A stretch of 24,000 nt of DNA from an uncultured Atopobiaceae bacterium (GTDB lineage: Bacteria; Actinomycetota; Coriobacteriia; Coriobacteriales; Atopobiaceae): the NCBI GenBank assembly GCA_963539685.1, contig CAUTMX010000003.1:15313-39312 (forward strand), written 5' to 3'. Both the position numbers and the translations under genes were made by a program. Under the pieces are notes generated by a model. The model was given only the letters and a program-made list of their open reading frames with translations. It had not been told where the DNA came from and did no database searches. Below, in pieces: positions 13,250 to 19,718 of this stretch; the stretch's first letter is position 1, and the number at the start of each line of letters is the position of its first letter.

Positions 13250-13397
13250 GGTAAAAAATCCGTTTAGTTGGGGTTTTCATTTTTCTGCATACAGTGTTTG
13301 CCCAGATAAAAGTTTTTGGCGCGGTAAAAAATCGTCTTAGTTGGGGTTAAATCGGCCAATTTTAAATTTTCATCCCCAACTAAACGGGTTTTTTACC
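13250..13397. repeat. Three copies of a 24-nt motif, GGTAAAAAAYCSKYTTAGTTGGGG (two direct, one inverted), forming a ~148-bp MITE-like or operator-like unit
   Basis: A1 13250-13273 is GGTAAAAAATCCGTTTAGTTGGGG. A2 13323-13346 is GGTAAAAAATCGTCTTAGTTGGGG. A3 13374-13397 is CCCCAACTAAACGGGTTTTTTACC, the reverse complement of A1 with one mismatch. Confidence 0.75.
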
Positions 13398-13625
13398 TTT
13401 TTCGGCACATAATTTTGAGGGCAAAAATTACGTATTCATAGAAATGAATTTAATAGTGTAATTATGCAGAATTTTGAAAGTCGACCAGTGAAATTGCACG
13501 GCAAGCCTCCGGGAGGATGCTAGAACAACAAATCTTGCACAGATTTTCTGTGTGATTTCAAATCGGTCAGATTACTTGCGCCATTTCCGGGTATGGAATT
13601 CATACTTTTTTCGCGAAGGAGTGCT

Positions 13626-14654
13626 ATGGATTACTGTCTTTCGTACTTTTCAGCGTTTAATTTATTGATGAGTTCCTCTAGGCCATTTGATTCGCTGCCG
13701 GCATCAAATGCTATGGTCAGAGCGCCACTTGTTCCTGAATCAGCTCCGGGAGTATCGACTGAACGAGAGCTTGCCGCCTACTATGGACACCTTCCAGAAA
13801 TACAAGGCATGCGTCTTCACCAGGAGCCTAAAGGCAAGGTTGACCTGCTTATTAATGATGTGAATTCCACATTTGCAAAACAGCACGCTACGCTTCACAT
13901 CTGTAATTCAAAGGTTTCGCCATCGTCGCTCCTGCCCATAGGTGCTGACTTAAAAGGATTTATTACTTCTCCAGAATTCACTTATTTGCAGATTGCTTCA
14001 AAGCTTGATTTTATTGGAACAATCCTTGCAGGTAGTGCCTTGTGTTCCGATTATTTTTTGAATCAGGATGGCCATGGTGGAGTTTCGCAACGCCAAAATG
14101 GCCCTCTGACAAATCGTGCTGCAATCGCAAAGTTTCTTTCCACGCAAGGAAGAAAGCGTGGCATCATCCCAGCTAAACGAGCGCTTCAGCACATCGTAGA
14201 GAAAGCTCGGTCGCCCCGAGAAGCTTCGCTTGCCCTTCTCTTATGCCTCCCGTATAACCTTGGTGGCTTTAACCTCGGAACTGTCGAACTCAATAGGCCA
14301 ATCGAGCTTGAAAATCGATATGGCGAGAAAATCACTCGAATTCCTGACTTAACCATTCAGCTCAAGGATAAAAGAAGGAAGCAGGCCACGGTGCTGCTAG
14401 ATTATGATCCAGCGGTAACGCACGCTGGCGGACAAAGAGTCATGCGCGATCTGGACAGAGAAAACGAGCTGGTAACGGGCGTGCAATGTCCACATTTTTC
14501 AGTTTCTGGAGAGATGCTTAAAAGCTTCTCAAGCGTTCAAGGTCTGGTCCGTCAGATTCGAGAGTCTACAGGAATAGCCGCGCGTGACACAACTATTTCT
14601 GATCTTGAAGATCGTCAACAAGCACTGTGGATGCGACTATTCAAAGCCAGGTAG
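13626..14654 (+). CDS. DUF559 / Vsr-like (PD-(D/E)xK-fold) endonuclease-domain protein of unknown function
   Basis: ATG 13626 lies behind GAAGGAG (13615-13621); the track start ATG 13593 has no SD. The C-terminal half, ARSPREASLALLL...IPDLTIQL...ATVLLDYDPAVTHAG..RVMRDLDRENELV, follows the ARSP-x-ES ... DL ... EYDG-x-x-H ... D-x-x-R-x-x-x-L pattern of actinobacterial DUF559 proteins. Confidence 0.55.
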   Translation: MDYCLSYFSAFNLLMSSSRPFDSLPASNAMVRAPLVPESAPGVSTERELAAYYGHLPEIQGMRLHQEPKGKVDLLINDVNSTFAKQHATLHICNSKVSPSSLLPIGADLKGFITSPEFTYLQIASKLDFIGTILAGSALCSDYFLNQDGHGGVSQRQNGPLTNRAAIAKFLSTQGRKRGIIPAKRALQHIVEKARSPREASLALLLCLPYNLGGFNLGTVELNRPIELENRYGEKITRIPDLTIQLKDKRRKQATVLLDYDPAVTHAGGQRVMRDLDRENELVTGVQCPHFSVSGEMLKSFSSVQGLVRQIRESTGIAARDTTISDLEDRQQALWMRLFKAR

Positions 14655-14721
14655 TTAAGCCAGGTAGTTATGTCAGACAGCTAAGCCAGACAGTTATGCT
14701 GGACAGCAAAACTAGGTAGCC
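14644..14721. repeat. 13-nt tandem repeat, 6 degenerate units, starting inside the last codons of the DUF559-like gene
   Basis: The units are AAGCCAGGTAGTT, AAGCCAGGTAGTT, ATGTCAGACAGCT, AAGCCAGACAGTT, ATGCTGGACAGCA and AAACTAGGTAGCC. The gene's TAG stop (14652-14654) lies in unit 1. Confidence 0.85.
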
Positions 14722-14796
14722 GCGTCCTTTACGTTGTGCTTGCCGTACAATAGAGGGCACAAACCACTCATAACGTACAGTCAGAAGGAGAAAATC

Positions 14797-15438
14797 GTGG
14801 AAGTCAACGGCCTTATCGACCATACAAACTTGAAGCAAAACGCGACTGCTGAAGACATCAAGAAACTTTGCGCCGAGGCAAAGCAGTACAAGTTTGCAAC
14901 TGTCGCCATCAATTCTTGCTGGGTTTCCCTGGCTCACGCCGAGCTCGAGGGCTCTGGAGTTGGCATTACTTCCTGCATCGGTTTCCCTCTGGGCGCCGCT
15001 TCAACTGCAACTAAGGTCGCTGAGGCCAAGCAGAGCGTTGCCGACGGCACCACCGAGATTGACATGGTCATCAACGGTGGCCACCTGGTCGCTGGCGATG
15101 ACGACTACGTTATCGCTGACATCAAGGCTGTCGTTGAGGCCGCGGGTACCGTGCCCGTTAAGGTAATCCTGGAGTGTTGCCTGCTTGATGACGAGCAGAT
15201 CGTTCGTGCTTGCAAGGATTGCATGGCTGCTGGGGCTGCGTTCGTCAAGACAAGCACTGGCTTCAGCACCGGTGGCGCAACTGTTCACGACGTTGCCCTG
15301 ATGAAGCAGACTGTCGGTGACACTTGCAAGGTTAAGGCTGCTGGCGGCATCCACAATAAGGCTGACGCTGAGGCAATGGTTGCGGCTGGCGCAGATCGCT
15401 TGGGCTGCTCCAGCGGAATCGCTATCGTCACCGAGTAG
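14797..15438 (+). CDS. deoC: Deoxyribose-phosphate aldolase
   Basis: GTG 14797 lies 6 nt after AAGGAG; the track TTG 14734 start is less likely. The sequence IDHTNLKQNAT..., CIGFPLGA, EIDMVIN, PVKVILE (the K of the active site), FVKTSTGF (the Schiff-base Lys) and KVKAAGGI is the short Gram-positive-type DeoC. Confidence 0.9.
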   Translation: MEVNGLIDHTNLKQNATAEDIKKLCAEAKQYKFATVAINSCWVSLAHAELEGSGVGITSCIGFPLGAASTATKVAEAKQSVADGTTEIDMVINGGHLVAGDDDYVIADIKAVVEAAGTVPVKVILECCLLDDEQIVRACKDCMAAGAAFVKTSTGFSTGGATVHDVALMKQTVGDTCKVKAAGGIHNKADAEAMVAAGADRLGCSSGIAIVTE

Positions 15439-15447
15439 CTCGCTGAG

Positions 15448-15537
15448 CTGGAGTTTGCCGGACCGATAGTCCACTGAACTGGGGTTTTCAGGCCGGTAGT
15501 CCACTGAACTGGAGTTTGCCAGCCGGCACCTTACTGA
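15448..15537. repeat. ~30-nt tandem repeat, 3 units, immediately downstream of deoC
   Basis: CTGGAGTTTGCCGGACCGATAGTCCACTGAA (15448-15478), CTGGGGTTTTCAGGCCGGTAGTCCACTGAA (15479-15508) and CTGGAGTTTGCCAGCCGGCACCTTACTGA (15509-15537). Confidence 0.85.
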
Positions 15538-15549
15538 TAGATAAATGAA

Positions 15550-15588
15550 AACGACCTCGTGGCATGTGCTGCGAGGTCGTTATTTGTT
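15550..15588. terminator. Bidirectional rho-independent terminator between convergent deoC and the GRE-activase gene
   Basis: AACGACCTCG (15550-15559) pairs with CGAGGTCGTT (15572-15581) around a 12-nt loop. It is flanked by A-rich ATAAATGAAA on the left and T-rich TATTTGTT on the right. Confidence 0.75.
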
Positions 15589-15674
15589 GCAATGTAAAGC
15601 GCGGAAACTGGCGAGAAAAACTGTTGGTACTGGCGAGAAACCCGTGTGAGTCGTGGTCCGCGCCGCCGTGGCAA

Positions 15675-16619
15675 CTAGCTGACGACAACCTCGCCAAAGC
15701 CCAGGTTGCGGGCCTGCGACTCAATTGCTTGCATGCGCTCGTCGCTTGGAGAAGGGGAGTTCTCCATCGGTCCGCGCACGCCAAAGCGCCTGAACTTCAT
15801 GAGGCGAATGCGCGTCTGACCAACCTTCTCGCCAAGTGTTAAGGCAATGCCGTCAACTGCGGCTTCGGCGTCGTTCCAGCCTTCGGTCACGATAACGCGA
15901 ACCTCTTCCAGCTTGTTTTGCTCGGCCAAAAACGCAAGATTTTTGCGGACCGTGACGCCATTCTCGCCGGTCAGATGCTCAAACCACTGATCGTCCCAGG
16001 CTTTAACGTCAAGCATGACGCCGCTCGAGAGGGCCAGCAGATCGCGGTACTCGGTGAAGTCGATGGTGCCATTTGAGTCGATGAGGCAGCTCAGACCGGC
16101 CGCGTTGCAGTAGGTGAAGAGCTCGTAGAGGAAGTCGGGGCGGAGCATGCATTCGCCGCCTGACGTGGTGATTCCGCGGATGAACGGCATGTTGGAAATG
16201 CAGCGGTCGGCCACCTCACGGGCGCTGAGCAGTTCAATCTTTGGCGTGGACTTATGTTGGCAAACCTTGATGCAGTTGTCGCAGTTGATGCAAATGGAGT
16301 TGTTCCACACAACCTTGCCGTCAGATACGGACAGGGCGTGAGCTGGGCATGGTTTGACGCACGCCTGGCAGGAGATGCACTCTACCTGGGTCTCGGGGTT
16401 GTGGCAGTAGGCACAGCGAATGTTGCAGCCTTGGAGGAAGACGGCGGTTCGGCTTCCTGGGCCATCTACCAGCGAGAAGGGAATGATCTTATTGACAGGA
16501 GCAACACACCCGGTAGGATGTGCTGCTCCTGAATTGGTTGCCGCGTCGCTTGCGGTCGCGGGACGCGATGCTTCGGCGCGTGTTACTCCCAAAGTTGTTT
16601 CTGTTGCAGTGAAGGTCAC
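15675..16619 (-). CDS. yjjW: Glycyl-radical-enzyme activating protein (radical SAM), YjjW-type
   Basis: 314-aa ORF with GTG start 16619, 19 nt after the upstream stop. It has the radical-SAM cluster motif CNIRCAYCHNPE plus two ferredoxin-type motifs, CISCQACVKPCP and CINCDNCIKVCQ. It lies immediately downstream of the glycyl-radical enzyme. Confidence 0.85.
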   Translation of the reverse strand: MTFTATETTLGVTRAEASRPATASDAATNSGAAHPTGCVAPVNKIIPFSLVDGPGSRTAVFLQGCNIRCAYCHNPETQVECISCQACVKPCPAHALSVSDGKVVWNNSICINCDNCIKVCQHKSTPKIELLSAREVADRCISNMPFIRGITTSGGECMLRPDFLYELFTYCNAAGLSCLIDSNGTIDFTEYRDLLALSSGVMLDVKAWDDQWFEHLTGENGVTVRKNLAFLAEQNKLEEVRVIVTEGWNDAEAAVDGIALTLGEKVGQTRIRLMKFRRFGVRGPMENSPSPSDERMQAIESQARNLGFGEVVVS

Positions 16620-16638
16620 GATTGCGCAGCTCTTCTCG

Positions 16639-18141
16639 CTAGTCGCTCATGCGAACCTTGCGGTCGGCAAGGTGGTTAGCGGTGAAGTTGCCCAGGCCGT
16701 CGTGAGCGGTGTCCTGAAGAACAACGTCGCCAGACTGGAACTTCTTCATCTCGGAACGCTTAGCCAAAAAGCCGGTAATGCGGACCAGGTCACCCTCGGA
16801 GCTATAGAACGAGAGGTACTTGTCGTCGATGGAGAATGCGGCCTTGACCACGTCAACGACAGCGTCTGGGTTGCGCTCAGCGGTTGGCTCAGCTGGGAAA
16901 ATGTCGGAGACGCCGCTGTTGAAGAAGCGGTGCATGCGTGCGCTGTGGCGAATGTGGTCGTAGAGGTTTGCAGGCTCGTCGCCAACTTTGATGCGGACAC
17001 CAGGGGTAACGCCCTGCTGGTCGGAGAAGCCAGCCTGTGCGTGCAGGGTGAAGCGGCCGCCAAAGACCTCGGAGTAGACGGCGTCAAAGCTGTTGACCTG
17101 GTCGGCAATCTTGACCATGATCTGATCGGCCAGCTCGTTTGCCTCATCATCCTTGCCGTAGGTGCGGCTGCTATCAAGGTGCAGCAGCTCAGCCACGCAC
17201 TCGCTCATGCCGGCAACGCCAAACATGCCGCAGAAGCGCTCGCGAGAAATGAGGCCTTCCTTAGCCAGGAAGCTGGTCTCAAAGAAGTTGGAATCCTCAA
17301 CAATAAAGCGGACGCGCTCGTTCATGAAGTTCAGGACCTCGCCGGTTGCGGTTGGCAGCAGGTTGTTCATGAAGTCGTCAACGTTGGTTGCAAGTTTTGC
17401 AAGGCCAGAGAGAAGTACGCGGCTCAAAGTGTAAGCGCCGCCGCCCATAGGAAGAACGTTGTAGCAGCTTACGACGGTGTACTCGCCAGGGTAGGTCTCT
17501 TTGTGGATGCGGTGGTTAGCAAAAGCAGGGTTGGAGCAGACCATGGTGGTCTTGACTGCCAGGCGCATGAACTCGTCGGATGTAATCTCTGGATCGTACT
17601 TGAGAGTGAAGTTTGGAACGGCGTTCATGAGCTCGCGATCAACCTCAAGCAGCAGTCTACCTGCGCGAGTGTCCTCTGGTCCAATGTTTGCGTGGCAGTA
17701 ACCACTTGCAACGGTGCGGTCGATGTGGTTCAGGAAGCGGCGCAGACGAGGCTTAATCTCTGCGTCGGTCATGCCCTCCAGGAATGGGTCAATAATCTTG
17801 TCCAGCTGACCAACATAGACAGGGCGGCTGGTGACAGAAGGAACGTTGTCGTAGAGAGCGGCAAGGCCCCAGAGTAGGTCATCGAGGGTCTCTGGCTTGT
17901 CAAAGCGCAAAAACTCGGAACCGTTCTGAGCAAATACCTGGTAGTCAGGGCAGATGTAGCGAGGACGGTAAGGAGCGTTGCCCTCACACATGTCGTCAAG
18001 CGCGTGAGCTGCAAAAAGGCGGTCAAACTCAGCGGTGGTCTTGATAGGGTGCTCGGAGTTCTCGGCAGCCTGAGCCAGGTGCAGAACCTTCTGCTTGTAC
18101 GAGAGGTTGTCGGAAGTAATGATGTCCATGAACTCGCTCAT
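16639..18141 (-). CDS. yjjI: YjjI-family (DUF3029) putative glycine-radical enzyme
   Basis: 500-aa ORF with AAGGAG 5 nt upstream of ATG 18141. It is much shorter than PFL-type GREs. The C-terminal SSEGDLVRITGFLAKR matches the glycyl-radical fingerprint R-[VI]-x-G-[FYW]. Its size and its pairing with a YjjW-like activase fit the YjjI family as I recall it. Confidence 0.75.
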   Translation of the reverse strand: MSEFMDIITSDNLSYKQKVLHLAQAAENSEHPIKTTAEFDRLFAAHALDDMCEGNAPYRPRYICPDYQVFAQNGSEFLRFDKPETLDDLLWGLAALYDNVPSVTSRPVYVGQLDKIIDPFLEGMTDAEIKPRLRRFLNHIDRTVASGYCHANIGPEDTRAGRLLLEVDRELMNAVPNFTLKYDPEITSDEFMRLAVKTTMVCSNPAFANHRIHKETYPGEYTVVSCYNVLPMGGGAYTLSRVLLSGLAKLATNVDDFMNNLLPTATGEVLNFMNERVRFIVEDSNFFETSFLAKEGLISRERFCGMFGVAGMSECVAELLHLDSSRTYGKDDEANELADQIMVKIADQVNSFDAVYSEVFGGRFTLHAQAGFSDQQGVTPGVRIKVGDEPANLYDHIRHSARMHRFFNSGVSDIFPAEPTAERNPDAVVDVVKAAFSIDDKYLSFYSSEGDLVRITGFLAKRSEMKKFQSGDVVLQDTAHDGLGNFTANHLADRKVRMSD

Positions 18142-18289
18142 TAGTGCTCCTTACGTTTATCCTGCAAAAACAGGGTTGTGATTACGACGGGTACGTCGGT
18201 CGTTCCAAGTTATGGTGCACCGCATTGCGCGGCGCGCTGCCTGGGGCGAGAAGAACGGTCTTGCCCAAGCGTTGTGCCAGGTACAGAGG

Positions 18290-19057
18290 TTAGTCCAGAA
18301 GGTGGGATTCTCCCTCGTGTTTCATTGCGTCGTCGAGGCGCTGGAACTGCCTCTCGGTAATGACAATCTTGCCGTGCTGAACAGAAACCATGCCCCTCTC
18401 CTTAAGTTCGTCGATGCCGCGGGCAACAGTTTTTGTGCTGGTACCAATCTTGTCTGCCAGCTCTTGCCTGGTCAGACGCACCGTAAACGGCCACTCAACA
18501 ACGCCGCGGTGAATCTGATCGCGCGTCAGCTCGCTAAGCATGTACATCAGGCGCTTGGTTCCGCTCCAGGTCAGCAGGCTGCGCTCGTAACCAGACTGAC
18601 GCGTCAGATTCTTGATAATCCAGCGCGAGCGGGTGAGAAGTGCCTCAGGGTCCGAACGAATCCACTGCAGGTAGTCCTCGCGTGGAACCGAAATAAACTC
18701 GCAGCCGGAAGTTGCGGTGAGCGATCCCAGGTAAAACGGGCTCTCGCTAATAACTTCCATCTCGCCAAAAGCAACGGGCGCACGATACTCGTCAATAACA
18801 TACGTGCTACCTGCGGAATTATGCGACGTAGTGCGCACAGTGCCGCGGCACAGAATGTACACGTTATCAACGCGGTCCAGCATGTGGACAAGGGTCTGTC
18901 CGGAGTTAAGACGAATCTGCCTACAGTGAGAAAGACGATTAGCGGGAACGCGAGAAGCCCATTTGATGATCTTCTTCCGAACGTCGGAATCAAGACTGTC
19001 AAGGTAGGTTAGAACGTTCACACGAGACCTCGCTGTTCTTGCTTCGTAAGTCCTCAT
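18290..19057 (-). CDS. Crp/Fnr-family transcriptional regulator
   Basis: 255-aa ORF with an N-terminal cNMP-binding-like beta-roll (YILCRGTVRT...FGEMEVI) and a C-terminal HTH (LTRQELADKIGTSTKTVARGIDELKERGMV). The start is uncertain: ATG 19057 has no SD, while GTG 19021 is preceded by GCGAGG. Confidence 0.85.
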   Translation of the reverse strand: MRTYEARTARSRVNVLTYLDSLDSDVRKKIIKWASRVPANRLSHCRQIRLNSGQTLVHMLDRVDNVYILCRGTVRTTSHNSAGSTYVIDEYRAPVAFGEMEVISESPFYLGSLTATSGCEFISVPREDYLQWIRSDPEALLTRSRWIIKNLTRQSGYERSLLTWSGTKRLMYMLSELTRDQIHRGVVEWPFTVRLTRQELADKIGTSTKTVARGIDELKERGMVSVQHGKIVITERQFQRLDDAMKHEGESHLLD

Positions 19058-19159
19058 TACAGGACAGTTTTGGCTTAAGTTTGAGTAATTGTACCTGCTC
19101 CCTAAAATAAAAATAAGGACTTTTGTCCACTTTTTGAGACAATTTTCTTAAACGGTATC

Positions 19160-19225
19160 GGGCTGCGATTGGGCTGCGATTAGGTTGCGGCCAACTAGCG
19201 ATCAACCTGCGGTCAAGCTGCTGCA
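19160..19225. repeat. 11-nt tandem repeat, 6 degenerate units, upstream of the Crp/Fnr gene
   Basis: The units are GGGCTGCGATT, GGGCTGCGATT, AGGTTGCGGCC, AACTAGCGATC, AACCTGCGGTC and AAGCTGCTGCA. Confidence 0.8.
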
Positions 19226-19630
19226 AGACATAAAAAGCCCCCACATCAAATGAACTGCCTCCCATTTCTTGGACACGAGAAATAGGAGGCAGTTCAAAAC
19301 ACACCTAAGTCAGATAATCTGTCAAAAAGACGTATACATTACGCTGAAAATACCTCAAACATGCAGATTATCGTCATTAGGTGTGTAAAATGCCCGCATC
19401 TGAGCAGATTATCCGACTTAGGTGTGTTCCGTAGATACGAAATTTACCTATAGTTAAATCTTTTATATGACGCTATTCATTTTCAAGCATATTAGATGAA
19501 GTTTATGCATAAAGATGCATATCAGGTAGTGCGACCGCCTAGCTGCCTGGCTATCTTGATTAGGAACATGTCAATTCTTTAGCAAAACCTACCAAAGCTG
19601 CTGCAAGACAGAAAAAGCCCCCACGTCAAA
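19215..19630. repeat. 36-bp direct repeats (34/36 identical) bounding a 344-bp AT-richer non-coding segment
   Basis: AAGCTGCTGCAAGACATAAAAAGCCCCCACATCAAA (19215-19250) and AAGCTGCTGCAAGACAGAAAAAGCCCCCACGTCAAA (19595-19630). The second copy contains the 5' arm of the psuG terminator. Confidence 0.85.
19300..19426. repeat. Three copies of a 22-nt motif (one forward, two inverted) able to form mutually exclusive long hairpins
   Basis: M1 is CACACCTAAGTCAGATAATCTG (19300-19321). M2 is CAGATTATCGTCATTAGGTGTG (19364-19385). M3 is CAGATTATCCGACTTAGGTGTG (19405-19426). M3 is the reverse complement of M1 at 21/22 positions, and M2 at 18/22. Confidence 0.8.
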
Positions 19631-19642
19631 CGACGTAGGGGC
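19611..19642 (-). terminator. Rho-independent terminator of the psuK-psuG operon
   Basis: The minus strand reads GCCCCTACGTC-GTTT-GACGTGGGGGC followed by TTTTTC (one mismatch in an 11-bp stem), 77 nt downstream of the psuG stop. Confidence 0.75.
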
Positions 19643-19718
19643 CAAAAGAAATGCGGTGCTTACGCGGTGCTTGCACGTGTACTTATGTACGCTTGTACGT
19701 TTGAGCGCGTGCGAGCAC

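Noticed and set aside
13059-13340. 93-aa and 61-aa plus-strand ORFs (13059-13340, 13082-13267) and a 64-aa minus ORF (13042-13236) in the spacer after the ADH gene
   Set aside because: They start inside the terminator T-tract or hairpin. They translate the GC-rich direct repeats into Arg/Ala/Gly-rich repeats (RRRAGNVR twice) and have no SD. They are by-products of the DNA repeats.
14644-15537. Whether the short tandem arrays (13-nt x6, ~30-nt x3) could be CRISPR arrays
   Set aside because: The units are contiguous with no unique spacers and are too short and too few. No cas genes or leader are present, so they are simple tandem repeats.
16420-17877. 485-aa plus-strand ORF, the longest unexplained ORF in the track
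   Set aside because: It lies entirely antisense to the YjjI-like gene, which has clear family motifs and a good SD. Its translation is Ala/Val/Gly/Leu-rich and low-complexity, typical of shadow ORFs in GC-rich DNA, and it has no RBS.
18142-18289. A Crp/FNR-type operator (TGTGA-N6-TCACA or TTGAT-N4-ATCAA) in the promoter region of the YjjI-like gene
   Set aside because: Only a lone TGTGA half-site (about 18177-18181) and a short CGACG-N4-CGTCG palindrome are present. No convincing full site is present, so I make no call.
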